The notes under the pieces are model-generated. The model worked only from the letters and a program-made list of their open reading frames with translations. It was not told where the DNA came from and did not search any database. Below, piece after piece: positions 22,800 through 34,762 of a stretch of DNA of 64,000 nucleotides. The position numbers and the translations under genes are program-made. The stretch's first letter is position 1. Every line of letters begins with the position of its first letter. The DNA comes from Escherichia coli (GTDB taxonomy: Bacteria > Pseudomonadota > Gammaproteobacteria > Enterobacterales > Enterobacteriaceae), in NCBI RefSeq assembly GCF_024700885.2, contig NZ_CP117016.1; one strand, given 5' to 3'.

Positions 22800-22904
22800 A
22801 TGGTTTTTGGGCAATAATCAGTCTGTGGTGTGCGTTAGCTCGTGTTTTTACACCGCATTCTTGCGCTAACCTTATGATCTGGCAGACAACATGGGAGAGA
22901 CATC

Positions 22905-23765
22905 ATGTGGCAGGCAATCAGTCGTCTTTTGAGCGAGCAGTTAGGTGAAGGCGAAATCGAACTGCGTAATGAACTGCCTGGCGGAGAAGTCCATGCCGCA
23001 TGGCAGTTGCGCTATGCAGGACGTGACTTTTTCGTCAAATGTGATGAAAGGGAACTGCTTCCCGGTTTTACCGCCGAAGCCGACCAACTGGAGTTACTGT
23101 CGCGTAGTAAAACCGTCACCGTGCCTAAGGTTTGGGCAGTTGGCGCTGACCGTGACTATAGTTTTCTGGTGATGGATTATCTCCCACCTCGCCCGCTGGA
23201 TGCGCATAGCGCATTTATTCTTGGTCAGCAAATTGCGCGTTTACATCAATGGAGCGACCAACCGCAATTTGGCCTCGATTTCGATAACGCGCTCTCCACA
23301 ACTCCCCAGCCCAACACCTGGCAACGTCGCTGGTCAACTTTTTTTGCTGAACAACGGATTGGCTGGCAGCTGGAACTGGCGGCAGAAAAAGGGATCGCTT
23401 TCGGCAATATCGATGCCATCGTCGAGCATATTCAGCAGCGTCTGGCCTCGCATCAACCGCAGCCTTCTCTGTTGCACGGCGATTTATGGTCCGGCAACTG
23501 TGCGCTGGGTCCGGATGGCCCGTACATTTTCGACCCGGCCTGCTACTGGGGTGACCGAGAGTGCGACCTGGCGATGTTACCGCTGCATACTGAACAGCCG
23601 CCACAAATCTATGACGGCTATCAGTCAGTATCCCCGCTACCTGCCGATTTCCTTGAACGTCAACCGGTTTACCAACTCTACACGCTGTTAAATCGTGCAA
23701 GGTTATTTGGCGGTCAGCATTTGGTTATTGCTCAGCAGTCACTGGATAGATTATTAGCAGCATAA
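22905..23765 (+). CDS. yniA: Fructosamine/ketosamine kinase family protein YniA
   Basis: 286-aa ORF in conserved position. Confidence 0.9.
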   Translation: MWQAISRLLSEQLGEGEIELRNELPGGEVHAAWQLRYAGRDFFVKCDERELLPGFTAEADQLELLSRSKTVTVPKVWAVGADRDYSFLVMDYLPPRPLDAHSAFILGQQIARLHQWSDQPQFGLDFDNALSTTPQPNTWQRRWSTFFAEQRIGWQLELAAEKGIAFGNIDAIVEHIQQRLASHQPQPSLLHGDLWSGNCALGPDGPYIFDPACYWGDRECDLAMLPLHTEQPPQIYDGYQSVSPLPADFLERQPVYQLYTLLNRARLFGGQHLVIAQQSLDRLLAA

Positions 23766-23805
23766 TATGGGGTGAGGATAATGGCCGCTCCGTGCGGCCT
23801 TTTGA

Positions 23806-24342
23806 TTAAATAAACCCCAGCAGAGAAAAGAACACATAACCTGCAGCAATACAAATAACCGGCAGGATATACAGCGAGAAAAACTGCAGGAAAATAGTAT
23901 GGTGCGGCACAACAATACGTGACTCAATTTGTTCACGCGTTAGCCCCTCTTCCCCTTTGGCTTTTTCCAGAATGAGTTGATCTTCAACACCTTCCCGCAA
24001 GAAGCGCGCCTGGCGACTCATCCGGGCACCGGAATCCTGCAACGCCAGCCCGACAAAAATCAGGATGAAAATCACCCAGAACATAACGTTCACGCCACCA
24101 TTAAAATTGGGCGTCGGGGAGTTATACCAGAACAGATTCAAAAAAGGCGTATTCGCCTGCATCATATCGATCATGACATGAGTAAAGTCGAGCATGACCG
24201 CATTAATGCCTTCCTGGTTTTCCTGCCGGGTATTCATAAATTTCAGCAAAGAAATCAATGTAGAGATCAATGCAGGTATAAAAATCACCCAACCCAAAAT
24301 CCTTTTCAAAACAGCAATGCGTCCAGCTTGTTGATACGTCAT
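23806..24342 (-). CDS. yniB: Inner membrane protein YniB
   Basis: 178-aa ORF with hydrophobic segments. Confidence 0.85.
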   Translation of the reverse strand: MTYQQAGRIAVLKRILGWVIFIPALISTLISLLKFMNTRQENQEGINAVMLDFTHVMIDMMQANTPFLNLFWYNSPTPNFNGGVNVMFWVIFILIFVGLALQDSGARMSRQARFLREGVEDQLILEKAKGEEGLTREQIESRIVVPHHTIFLQFFSLYILPVICIAAGYVFFSLLGFI

Positions 24343-24488
24343 GAGTTCTCCTTGATTAAGACGCGTCGTTTCACTTAGTTTACCTGTAGATATCTGTTTT
24401 CGCCCATTCTTTAAAGGCGATATGATAGGCGCTTAATCATAAGCACGGCTTAATACCTTACACATAATGCTCTAAAGGAGAGGTTGTA

Positions 24489-25157
24489 ATGTCAACCCCG
24501 CGTCAGATTCTTGCTGCAATTTTTGATATGGATGGATTACTTATCGACTCAGAACCTTTATGGGATCGAGCCGAACTGGATGTGATGGCAAGCCTGGGGG
24601 TGGATATCTCCCGTCGTAACGAGCTGCCGGACACCTTAGGTTTACGCATCGATATGGTGGTCGATCTTTGGTACGCCCGGCAACCCTGGAATGGGCCAAG
24701 CCGTCAGGAAGTAGTAGAACGGGTTATTGCTCGTGCCATTTCACTGGTTGAAGAGACACGCCCATTATTGCCAGGCGTGCGTGAAGCCGTTGCGTTATGC
24801 AAAGAACAAGGTTTATTGGTGGGACTGGCCTCCGCGTCACCACTACATATGCTGGAAAAAGTGTTGACCATGTTTGACTTACGCGACAGTTTCGATGCCC
24901 TCGCCTCGGCTGAAAAATTACCTTACAGCAAGCCGCATCCGCAAGTATATCTCGACTGCGCAGCAAAACTGGGCGTTGACCCACTGACCTGCGTAGCGCT
25001 GGAAGATTCGGTAAATGGCATGATCGCCTCTAAAGCAGCCCGCATGCGTTCCATCGTCGTTCCTGCGCCAGAAGCGCAAAATGATCCACGTTTTGTATTA
25101 GCAAACGTCAAACTCTCATCGCTGACAGAACTCACCGCAAAAGACCTTCTCGGTTAA
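24489..25157 (+). CDS. hxpB: HAD-family sugar phosphatase (2-deoxyglucose-6-phosphatase, YniC)
   Basis: 222 aa; N-terminal HAD motif FDMDGLLIDSE. Confidence 0.9.
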   Translation: MSTPRQILAAIFDMDGLLIDSEPLWDRAELDVMASLGVDISRRNELPDTLGLRIDMVVDLWYARQPWNGPSRQEVVERVIARAISLVEETRPLLPGVREAVALCKEQGLLVGLASASPLHMLEKVLTMFDLRDSFDALASAEKLPYSKPHPQVYLDCAAKLGVDPLTCVALEDSVNGMIASKAARMRSIVVPAPEAQNDPRFVLANVKLSSLTELTAKDLLG

Positions 25158-25287
25158 TAACCAGGGGCAGTGATCACGCTGCCCCTGGTTCTTTATCTGA
25201 ATTTGCATTCAACTGGCGGATTAATCGTCAATTTAAGAAAAAGAGTTACACCGTCACCACTTCCGCGCACTGTATAAAAATCCTATA

Positions 25288-25303
25288 CTGTACGTATCGA
25301 CAG
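25288..25303. promoter_or_regulatory. LexA box (CTG-N10-CAG) in the ydjM promoter; a second CTGT-containing half-box lies at ~25270-25285
   Basis: CTGTACGTATCGACAG 17 nt upstream of the ydjM ATG; ydjM is a known SOS gene. Confidence 0.7.
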
Positions 25304-25319
25304 TTTAGTGAGTTTTATC

Positions 25320-25910
25320 ATGACGGCGGAAGGTCACCTTCTATTTTCTATTGCTTGTGCGGTATTTGCCAAAAATGCCGAGCTGACGCCCGTGCTGGCA
25401 CAGGGTGACTGGTGGCATATTGTCCCTTCCGCAATCCTGACGTGTTTGTTACCGGACATCGATCACCCAAAGTCGTTTCTTGGGCAGCGATTAAAGTGGA
25501 TATCAAAACCGATCGCCCGCGCTTTTGGGCATCGTGGTTTTACCCACAGTCTGCTGGCGGTATTTTCGCTGCTGGCAACCTTTTACCTTAAGGTTCCTGA
25601 AAGCTGGTTCATTCCGGCTGATGCATTGCAGGGCATGGTGCTGGGTTATTTGAGCCACATACTTGCCGATATGCTGACACCCGCCGGTGTTCCCCTGCTC
25701 TGGCCATGCCGCTGGCGTTTCCGCTTGCCTATCCTGGTTCCCCAAAAGGGCAACCAACTGGAACGTTTTATCTGCATGGCATTATTTGTCTGGTCGGTAT
25801 GGATGCCCCATTCATTACCCGAAAACAGCGCTGTCCGTTGGTCATCGCAAATGATCAATACCTTGCAGATCCAGTTTCATCGGCTTATTAAGCATCAGGT
25901 TGAATACTAA
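25320..25910 (+). CDS. ydjM: SOS-inducible inner membrane protein YdjM
   Basis: MTAEGHLLFSIACAVFAKNAEL...; LexA box upstream; the ORF track start is 4 codons earlier. Confidence 0.9.
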   Translation: MTAEGHLLFSIACAVFAKNAELTPVLAQGDWWHIVPSAILTCLLPDIDHPKSFLGQRLKWISKPIARAFGHRGFTHSLLAVFSLLATFYLKVPESWFIPADALQGMVLGYLSHILADMLTPAGVPLLWPCRWRFRLPILVPQKGNQLERFICMALFVWSVWMPHSLPENSAVRWSSQMINTLQIQFHRLIKHQVEY

Positions 25911-26042
25911 AAAGGCAAAAATCACCTTTCTGGAATAAGCAATTCCATTTGAATATAAGAGCCAGCTCACAGTTCTGTTAATCTTGCGCCAACACTATGA
26001 CTGCTACGCAGTGATAGAAATAATAAGATCAGGAGAACGGGG

Positions 26043-27434
26043 ATGAACTTTCCATTAATTGCGAACATCGTGGTGTTCGTTGTACTGCTGTTTGCGCTGG
26101 CTCAGACCCGCCATAAACAGTGGAGTCTGGCGAAAAAAGTGCTGGTGGGTCTGGTGATGGGTGTGGTTTTTGGCCTCGCCCTGCATACCATTTATGGTTC
26201 TGACAGCCAGGTACTTAAAGATTCTGTACAGTGGTTTAACATCGTTGGTAACGGCTATGTTCAACTGCTGCAAATGATCGTTATGCCGTTAGTCTTTGCC
26301 TCTATTCTGAGCGCGGTTGCCCGTCTGCATAACGCATCACAGTTAGGCAAAATCAGTTTTCTGACCATCGGAACGCTTTTGTTTACCACGCTGATTGCAG
26401 CGCTGGTCGGTGTGCTGGTCACCAACCTGTTTGGTTTGACGGCTGAAGGTCTGGTTCAGGGTGGTGCAGAAACTGCACGTTTGAACGCCATCGAAAGTAA
26501 CTATGTTGGTAAAGTCTCTGACCTGAGCGTTCCGCAGCTGGTCTTGTCCTTTATCCCGAAAAACCCGTTTGCCGATTTGACCGGAGCCAATCCGACGTCA
26601 ATTATCAGCGTGGTAATTTTTGCCGCATTCCTCGGCGTAGCTGCGCTGAAGCTGCTGAAGGATGATGCGCCGAAAGGTGAACGCGTCTTAACCGCTATCG
26701 ATACCCTGCAAAGCTGGGTGATGAAACTGGTTCGCCTGGTCATGCAGCTGACCCCTTACGGCGTTCTGGCGCTGATGACCAAAGTGGTTGCAGGTTCTAA
26801 CCTGCAAGACATCATCAAACTGGGTAGTTTCGTTGTCGCGTCCTACCTCGGTCTTCTGATTATGTTTGCAGTGCATGGCCTTCTGCTGGGCATTAATGGC
26901 GTGAGCCCGCTGAAGTACTTCCGTAAGGTATGGCCAGTACTGACGTTTGCCTTTACCAGCCGTTCCAGTGCTGCGTCTATCCCACTGAATGTGGAAGCAC
27001 AAACGCGTCGACTCGGTGTTCCTGAATCCATCGCCAGTTTCGCCGCCTCTTTCGGTGCGACCATTGGTCAGAACGGCTGCGCCGGTTTGTATCCGGCAAT
27101 GCTGGCGGTGATGGTTGCGCCTACGGTTGGCATTAACCCGCTGGACCCGATGTGGATTGCGACGCTGGTCGGTATTGTTACCGTTAGTTCCGCAGGCGTT
27201 GCCGGTGTCGGTGGTGGCGCAACTTTCGCCGCACTGATTGTGCTGCCTGCGATGGGCCTGCCAGTAACGCTGGTGGCGCTGTTAATCTCCGTTGAACCGC
27301 TTATCGACATGGGCCGTACGGCGCTAAACGTTAGTGGCTCGATGACAGCTGGCACGCTGACCAGCCAGTGGCTGAAGCAAACCGATAAAGCCATTCTGGA
27401 TAGCGAAGACGACGCCGAACTGGCACACCGTTAA
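26043..27434 (+). CDS. tcyP: L-cystine transporter (dicarboxylate/amino acid:cation symporter family), YdjN
   Basis: 463-aa polytopic membrane ORF in conserved position. Confidence 0.9.
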   Translation: MNFPLIANIVVFVVLLFALAQTRHKQWSLAKKVLVGLVMGVVFGLALHTIYGSDSQVLKDSVQWFNIVGNGYVQLLQMIVMPLVFASILSAVARLHNASQLGKISFLTIGTLLFTTLIAALVGVLVTNLFGLTAEGLVQGGAETARLNAIESNYVGKVSDLSVPQLVLSFIPKNPFADLTGANPTSIISVVIFAAFLGVAALKLLKDDAPKGERVLTAIDTLQSWVMKLVRLVMQLTPYGVLALMTKVVAGSNLQDIIKLGSFVVASYLGLLIMFAVHGLLLGINGVSPLKYFRKVWPVLTFAFTSRSSAASIPLNVEAQTRRLGVPESIASFAASFGATIGQNGCAGLYPAMLAVMVAPTVGINPLDPMWIATLVGIVTVSSAGVAGVGGGATFAALIVLPAMGLPVTLVALLISVEPLIDMGRTALNVSGSMTAGTLTSQWLKQTDKAILDSEDDAELAHR

Positions 27435-27437
27435 TTC

Positions 27438-28241
27438 TTATGCTGGCAACGGTCCGTTTTGTATAGGGACCGTTGCCTTACTTTTTAAATGTTCCATCGC
27501 GGCGATGCATACTGACTCATATTTAAACAGATCGTCAGCGAAAAAAATGACCAACTTATCAATACATTCCTGACTCAATGAATGTGCCTGTAGCGAGAAG
27601 CTTAAAACCTCATACCCGAGACGTTTTCTAAGTGAACTATCTGGAATACTCATAATATCTTCAAGCACACCATTTCCCATTCCCGGAAGATTTAGTGGAT
27701 TAAAAAGAAGACTGATATTAAGCATTGATATTATCGAAGGAAACTTTAGGAGACTCTCATTTTTTTGAATCGCAGCAAAAATGCTCCCAACAGGATGTAT
27801 ATAATTTTGTTCATAGTATATCGTTCTTAAATAGTGAATAACCAACCTGTTTTTTATATTGATCAAATTGGTCATTTTTTCTGGGCGAAATACAGAAGTG
27901 ACATCCATTCCAATAAAATCTTTATTTATACCTCTTATCCGAATTTCACTACCATAAAGATTATTAATTATTACTCTATATTTAACATTGTCCTGCAGAT
28001 ATGTATCAAAACTAAGTACTGGCGCTCCTGGCTTTGAGGCATCATAGTTAATGTTAGACATATAGGCAATCATATAATTAAAGTTTGATTCTGCTATTTC
28101 ATCGCAGGCACATTGACCCGTTGATATAAAGAAAGTGAGTGCTGTCATGGTAGACTGCAGTCTTTCTTTAAAAGAGTCGAAGGCAAGGTTTTTAATATTT
28201 AAATTACCATAATCACTCTGTATTAAGTTTGTAGAAAGCAT
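27438..28241 (-). CDS. ydjO: Uncharacterised protein YdjO
   Basis: 267-aa AT-rich ORF in the conserved position between ydjN and cedA. Confidence 0.8.
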   Translation of the reverse strand: MLSTNLIQSDYGNLNIKNLAFDSFKERLQSTMTALTFFISTGQCACDEIAESNFNYMIAYMSNINYDASKPGAPVLSFDTYLQDNVKYRVIINNLYGSEIRIRGINKDFIGMDVTSVFRPEKMTNLINIKNRLVIHYLRTIYYEQNYIHPVGSIFAAIQKNESLLKFPSIISMLNISLLFNPLNLPGMGNGVLEDIMSIPDSSLRKRLGYEVLSFSLQAHSLSQECIDKLVIFFADDLFKYESVCIAAMEHLKSKATVPIQNGPLPA

Positions 28242-28529
28242 CTCCCGCCTTATATTGTTAACAAAATTATTATCTCATTTAAATCTAAGTCATTTACAAT
28301 ATAAGTTTAAGAGCGACGCCACAGGATGAACTATCAAAAATAGCTCATCATGATTAGCAAAACTTAACCATTTTAAAATAAATAAACAATTAAAGAAAAA
28401 AGTTCACTTATTTATAGCAATAGATCGTCAAAGGCAGCTTTTTGTTACAGGTGGTTTGAATGAATGTAGCAATGAAATACAAAATTTCAGGCCATGTAAC
28501 TCCCGGCAAAACCGGGAGGTACGTAATCT

Positions 28530-28772
28530 TTACTCAGTCACTTCCCCTTCCTGGCGGATCTGATTTGCCCAACGCTGGGCGGATTCAGGCACAGTAAACG
28601 CCGGTGAGCGCAGAAATGACTCTCCCATCAGTACAAACGCAACATATTTGCCACGCAGCATCCAGACATCACGAAACGAATCCATCTTTATCGCATGTTC
28701 TGGCGGCGCGGGTTCCGTGCGTGGGATATAGCTAATAATCTGGCGGTTTTGCTGACGGAGCGGTTTCTTCAT
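28530..28772 (-). CDS. cedA: Cell division activator CedA
   Basis: 80 aa from MKKPLRQQNRQIISYIPRTEPAPPEHAIKMDSFRDVWMLRGKY... Confidence 0.85.
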   Translation of the reverse strand: MKKPLRQQNRQIISYIPRTEPAPPEHAIKMDSFRDVWMLRGKYVAFVLMGESFLRSPAFTVPESAQRWANQIRQEGEVTE

Positions 28773-28975
28773 TACTGGCTTCACTAAACGCATATTAAAA
28801 ATCAGAAAAACTGTAGTTTAGCCGATTTAGCCCCTGTACGTCCCGCTTTGCGTGTATTTCATAACACCGTTTCCAGAATAGTCTCCGAAGCGGGATCTGG
28901 CTGATGGTCTATATTTAGAGGGTTTTTTGACCAAAACAGCGGCCCTTTCAGTAATAAGTTAAGGAGACGAGTTCA

Positions 28976-31237
28976 ATGTCGCAACATAACGAAAAGAACC
29001 CACATCAGCACCAGTCACCACTACACGATTCCAGCGAAGCGAAACCGGGGATGGACTCACTGGCACCTGAGGACGGATCTCATCGTCCAGCGGCTGAACC
29101 AACACCGCCAGGTGCACAACCTACCGCCCCTGGGAGCCTGAAAGCCCCTGATACGCGTAACGAAAAACTTAATTCTCTGGAAGACGTACGCAAAGGCAGT
29201 GAAAATTTTGCGCTGACCACTAATCAGGGCGTGCGCATCGCCGATGATCAAAACTCACTGCGTGCCGGTAGCCGTGGTCCAACGCTGCTGGAAGATTTTA
29301 TTCTGCGCGAGAAAATCACTCACTTTGACCATGAGCGCATCCCGGAACGTATTGTTCATGCACGCGGATCAGCCGCTCACGGTTATTTCCAGCCATATAA
29401 AAGCTTAAGCGATATCACCAAAGCGGATTTCCTCTCAGATCCGAACAAAATCACCCCAGTATTTGTTAGGTTCTCTACCGTTCAGGGTGGTGCTGGCTCT
29501 GCCGATACCGTGCGTGATATCCGTGGCTTTGCCACCAAGTTCTATACCGAAGAGGGTATTTTTGACCTCGTTGGCAATAACACGCCAATCTTCTTTATCC
29601 AGGATGCGCATAAATTCCCCGATTTTGTTCATGCGGTAAAACCAGAACCGCACTGGGCAATTCCACAAGGGCAAAGCGCCCACGATACTTTCTGGGATTA
29701 TGTTTCTCTGCAACCTGAAACTCTGCACAACGTGATGTGGGCGATGTCGGATCGCGGTATACCGCGCAGTTACCGCACCATGGAAGGCTTCGGTATTCAC
29801 ACCTTCCGCCTGATTAATGCCGAAGGGAAGGCAACGTTCGTACGTTTCCACTGGAAACCACTGGCAGGTAAAGCCTCACTCGTTTGGGATGAAGCACAAA
29901 AACTAACCGGACGTGACCCGGACTTCCACCGCCGCGAGTTGTGGGAAGCCATCGAAGCAGGCGATTTTCCGGAATACGAACTGGGCTTCCAGTTGATTCC
30001 TGAAGAAGATGAATTCAAGTTTGACTTCGATCTTCTCGATCCAACCAAACTCATCCCGGAAGAACTGGTACCCGTTCAGCGTGTTGGCAAAATGGTGCTC
30101 AATCGCAACCCGGATAACTTCTTTGCCGAAAACGAACAGGCGGCTTTCCATCCTGGGCATATTGTCCCCGGTCTGGATTTCACCAACGATCCGCTGTTGC
30201 AGGGGCGTTTGTTCTCTTATACCGATACACAAATCAGTCGTCTTGGCGGACCCAATTTCCATGAGATTCCGATTAACCGCCCGACCTGCCCTTACCATAA
30301 TTTCCAGCGTGACGGCATGCATCGTATGGGGATCGACACTAACCCGGCGAATTACGAACCGAACTCGATCAACGATAACTGGCCGCGCGAAACACCGCCG
30401 GGGCCGAAACGCGGCGGTTTTGAATCATACCAGGAGCGCGTGGAAGGCAATAAAGTTCGCGAGCGCAGCCCATCGTTTGGCGAATATTATTCCCATCCGC
30501 GTCTGTTCTGGCTAAGTCAGACGCCATTCGAGCAGCGCCATATTGTCGATGGTTTCAGTTTTGAGTTAAGCAAAGTAGTTCGGCCGTATATTCGTGAGCG
30601 CGTTGTTGACCAGCTGGCGCATATTGATCTCACTCTGGCCCAGGCGGTGGCGAAAAATCTCGGTATCGAGCTGACGGACGACCAGCTGAATATCACCCCG
30701 CCTCCGGACGTCAACGGTCTGAAAAAGGATCCATCCTTAAGTTTGTACGCCATTCCTGACGGTGATGTGAAAGGTCGCGTGGTAGCGATTTTACTTAATG
30801 ATGAAGTCAGATCGGCAGACCTTCTGGCCATTCTCAAGGCGCTGAAGGCCAAAGGCGTTCATGCCAAACTGCTCTACTCCCGAATGGGTGAAGTGACTGC
30901 GGATGACGGTACGGTGCTGCCTATAGCTGCTACCTTTGCCGGAGCGCCTTCGCTGACGGTCGATGCGGTTATTGTCCCTTGCGGCAATATCGCGGATATC
31001 GCTGACAACGGCGATGCCAACTACTACCTGATGGAAGCCTACAAACACCTTAAACCGATTGCGCTGGCAGGAGACGCGCGCAAGTTTAAAGCAACAATCA
31101 AGGTCGCTGACCAGGGTGAAGAAGGGATTGTGGAAGCTGACAGCGCCGATGGTAGTTTTATGGATGAACTGTTAACGCTGATGGCAGCACACCGCGTGTG
31201 GTCACGCATTCCTAAGATTGACAAAATCCCGGCGTAA
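28976..31237 (+). CDS. katE: Catalase HPII
   Basis: 753-aa ORF with catalase motifs [16 protein letters not shown] and RLFSYTDTQ. Confidence 0.97.
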   Translation: MSQHNEKNPHQHQSPLHDSSEAKPGMDSLAPEDGSHRPAAEPTPPGAQPTAPGSLKAPDTRNEKLNSLEDVRKGSENFALTTNQGVRIADDQNSLRAGSRGPTLLEDFILREKITHFDHERIPERIVHARGSAAHGYFQPYKSLSDITKADFLSDPNKITPVFVRFSTVQGGAGSADTVRDIRGFATKFYTEEGIFDLVGNNTPIFFIQDAHKFPDFVHAVKPEPHWAIPQGQSAHDTFWDYVSLQPETLHNVMWAMSDRGIPRSYRTMEGFGIHTFRLINAEGKATFVRFHWKPLAGKASLVWDEAQKLTGRDPDFHRRELWEAIEAGDFPEYELGFQLIPEEDEFKFDFDLLDPTKLIPEELVPVQRVGKMVLNRNPDNFFAENEQAAFHPGHIVPGLDFTNDPLLQGRLFSYTDTQISRLGGPNFHEIPINRPTCPYHNFQRDGMHRMGIDTNPANYEPNSINDNWPRETPPGPKRGGFESYQERVEGNKVRERSPSFGEYYSHPRLFWLSQTPFEQRHIVDGFSFELSKVVRPYIRERVVDQLAHIDLTLAQAVAKNLGIELTDDQLNITPPPDVNGLKKDPSLSLYAIPDGDVKGRVVAILLNDEVRSADLLAILKALKAKGVHAKLLYSRMGEVTADDGTVLPIAATFAGAPSLTVDAVIVPCGNIADIADNGDANYYLMEAYKHLKPIALAGDARKFKATIKVADQGEEGIVEADSADGSFMDELLTLMAAHRVWSRIPKIDKIPA

Positions 31238-31283
31238 ATATGGATAAGGTCACGCCCCCTGGGGAGTGACCTTACCACCTTAC

Positions 31284-32054
<771 letters not shown>

Positions 32055-33407
32055 TTAATGTGCTTTTTTAAGCTCTGCGATGCAGTCGGCAAAATTTGGC
32101 AGCCATTTCTCGTGCGCCAGAATCATCTCGCGTGCCAGCAGCTCAGCATCGCGATCGGAATGCACCAACGGACTAAGGTTTAGCGCCAGTAACACATCGT
32201 TAAATTCTCCGCTAAGTGCAGCGTTGCTGGCAGCAATCTCGAAGCCTTTAATGGTGTGAATCAGCCCCATCACTTTATCATCGAAATGCGTAATGCGCGG
32301 ATGTGGCGTCGCGCCATCGCGCCCCAGCGTACAGGTCATTTCTACCGCCCAGTCTGCCGGAATATTATCAATATGCCCATGATGCGGGATATTAACGTAA
32401 TGTTCAGCTTGCTTGTCGTTGTAGATAGCGTTGATCACTTCGCACGCTGCATCAGAGTAATAAGCCCCACCGCGCTGTTCCAGTTCTTTCGGCTTAACTT
32501 TCAACTCCGGGTTTTTATACAGCTCAAAAAGTTGTTTCTCGACTTTCTGTACTACCTGTGCTCGTGCGCCGCCTTTGTAGTATTCGCCCATTTCAATAGC
32601 CAGCATCTCTTTTTGCTTGAAGTAATAAAGCAAATAAGAACACGGCAACAGATTCAGAGAACGAATTAAACCTTCGCTAAATGGCAGATCGAAAATATTT
32701 TTAACGCCAGATGCTTTTAACTGCCCGGATGCCACACCATCAAGCAATTCGGCAAAGCGTGATTTGCCATTTACCAGCACATCTTTAATGAACACCATAT
32801 GGTTGAGGCCGAACAGATCGATAGATAAATCATCGCTATCTTTCAGCATCAGAACATCGCGAATAAACATCTTCATGCCGATCGGAATATTACACACGCC
32901 GATAAAGCGTTTAAATCCGGTATGACGATAAACGGCTTCAGTGACCATTCCCGCCGGGTTAGTGAAGTTAATCACCCATGCATTCGGACAAAGTTCTTCG
33001 ACATCTTTTACGATGTCAAAAATCACCGGAATGGTACGCAGACCTTTAAACAGACCGCCCGCGCCGTTAGTTTCCTGACCAAGATAACCATGACTTAATG
33101 GAATACGTTCATCCAGTTCGCGCGCCGGTAATTGGCCTACGCGCAGTTGGGTAGTAACGAAATCAGCATCTTTCAATGCTTCGCGGCGATCCAGCGTTTT
33201 ATAAAGCTTCATCGGGACGCCAGCGTTATCAATCATCCGTTGGCAGAGATCAAAAATAATATCCAGTTTAGCTTTACCACCTTCGACATCCACCAGCCAT
33301 AATTCGCTGACCGGCAATTCGTGATAACGCTTAATAAATCCTTCCAGTAACTCCGGGGTATAGCTGCTCCCGCCACCAATAGTGACGACTTTTAATTTCT
33401 GGCTCAT
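32055..33407 (-). CDS. chbF: 6-phospho-beta-glucosidase (GH4, NAD-dependent)
   Basis: 450 aa, MSQKLKVVTIGGGSSYTPEL... Confidence 0.93.
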   Translation of the reverse strand: MSQKLKVVTIGGGSSYTPELLEGFIKRYHELPVSELWLVDVEGGKAKLDIIFDLCQRMIDNAGVPMKLYKTLDRREALKDADFVTTQLRVGQLPARELDERIPLSHGYLGQETNGAGGLFKGLRTIPVIFDIVKDVEELCPNAWVINFTNPAGMVTEAVYRHTGFKRFIGVCNIPIGMKMFIRDVLMLKDSDDLSIDLFGLNHMVFIKDVLVNGKSRFAELLDGVASGQLKASGVKNIFDLPFSEGLIRSLNLLPCSYLLYYFKQKEMLAIEMGEYYKGGARAQVVQKVEKQLFELYKNPELKVKPKELEQRGGAYYSDAACEVINAIYNDKQAEHYVNIPHHGHIDNIPADWAVEMTCTLGRDGATPHPRITHFDDKVMGLIHTIKGFEIAASNAALSGEFNDVLLALNLSPLVHSDRDAELLAREMILAHEKWLPNFADCIAELKKAH

Positions 33408-33511
33408 AATTTCTCCCTTCAGTACAGAATACTGATATCTGGCATATCTGCCCCCCCGGACATAAATAATCCAGCAACAGGACAGATATGTGAATTGTCA
33501 GGTATAACGAC

Positions 33512-34354
33512 TTACTGATTAAATTCAGTCAATTTCTTACGATAGCTCTTAGGCGTAAAGGACGTTAATTTCTTAAACGTTTTAATAAACAAACTCGGGC
33601 TACTATAACCGGCCTCAAACGCAATATCCGTCACGGAATAGTTGGTCATTTCCAGTTGTTTTTTGGCAAAATTAATACGGATCTCATTAATAATCTGCAT
33701 TGGTGTTTTGCCATAATATCGTTGAGTCGCTCGCGTCAAATATTCCTGTGATTTGGCTGACAACGTCACCATATTCTCCAGCGCCGATTCACTAAACTGC
33801 TCTTTATCATGCATCTTTTCTACCGTACTTTTCAGCCACTGCGGTACATCATCAATCACCTGTTCTTCGCGGTAATGACGTAAACGGTTAATGACATAAA
33901 AAGTAACCATCTCAACAAACTCTTCCAGCCCTGTTTCGCGGAAATTCAATGAAGAAATCACTGTTTCCACATAGGTGAGAAAAGCGTTATTGGTCCGGTA
34001 TACCTGCGAAGCGACAAAGCAATAAGGCAACAACGGCAGGTAATGCTGCTCAAAAAAGCGTTTACTGATCCCAACATTCAATATGCGCGTGGCACCAAAC
34101 TCATAAAAACTTTGATGGTGCGAACCTAACGGAATAAAAACAAAATCGCCCCGTTCCAGTAACACGCGCTTACCGTTAATCTCCTGGAAATAACGCCCGG
34201 TTAATACCAGAGTAAATTCATAATAGTCGTGCTGATGCAGTCCGCTGATACTCTCAGTTTTGTTGTAGATAAACACATGGAAGTTTTTGCCATTAAACAA
34301 CTGCTGTTCTCGGGCAGTGGCAATTTCCGGCGCGTTAATCACTGGCTGCATCAT
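33512..34354 (-). CDS. chbR: AraC-family regulator of the chb operon
   Basis: 280 aa; C-terminal AraC-type HTH region. Confidence 0.9.
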   Translation of the reverse strand: MMQPVINAPEIATAREQQLFNGKNFHVFIYNKTESISGLHQHDYYEFTLVLTGRYFQEINGKRVLLERGDFVFIPLGSHHQSFYEFGATRILNVGISKRFFEQHYLPLLPYCFVASQVYRTNNAFLTYVETVISSLNFRETGLEEFVEMVTFYVINRLRHYREEQVIDDVPQWLKSTVEKMHDKEQFSESALENMVTLSAKSQEYLTRATQRYYGKTPMQIINEIRINFAKKQLEMTNYSVTDIAFEAGYSSPSLFIKTFKKLTSFTPKSYRKKLTEFNQ

Positions 34355-34361
34355 CGACTCC

Positions 34362-34712
34362 TTATGCCTTCAGTTTTTCATGAAGCTCAATTAATTCGGT
34401 AATCAGTTCACGCGCAAGCATGGACGTCATTAAATGATCCTGAGCGTGGACCAGCACCAGACTCACTTTCATCTTACCTTCGCCCGCATCGCCTTCAATC
34501 AGTTTCGTCTGTACCAGATGCGCTTCATTCAATGCCATCCGTGACTGATCCATCATGGCTTTTGCTGCGGCAAAATCGCCCTGCTTCGCCTCTTTCAGTG
34601 CGGCATACGCCAGGCTGCGCGCTTGTCCGGAGTTGATGATAAGTCCCATCACCACTTCTTCCAGCTCTTCAGCTTCTGTTTGCGTATCGGGAATGTTATC
34701 GAGATCCATCAT
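34362..34712 (-). CDS. chbA: PTS N,N'-diacetylchitobiose EIIA
   Basis: 116-aa ORF in operon context. Confidence 0.9.
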   Translation of the reverse strand: MMDLDNIPDTQTEAEELEEVVMGLIINSGQARSLAYAALKEAKQGDFAAAKAMMDQSRMALNEAHLVQTKLIEGDAGEGKMKVSLVLVHAQDHLMTSMLARELITELIELHEKLKA

Positions 34713-34762
34713 ACATCGTTCCTCTCTTTTCTTACCGGCACGATTACCCGTACCGGCATCGA

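Noticed and set aside
28500-28520. Hairpin CTCCCGG-caaaa-CCGGGAG just downstream of cedA as a terminator
   Set aside because: Short stem without a clear U-tract in the cedA sense direction
31246-31273. Stem-loop AAGGTCAC-GCCCCCTGGGGAG-TGACCTT between convergent katE and chbG as a terminator
   Set aside because: Good stem but no T-run on either strand; may still be a REP-like or Rho-dependent site, not called
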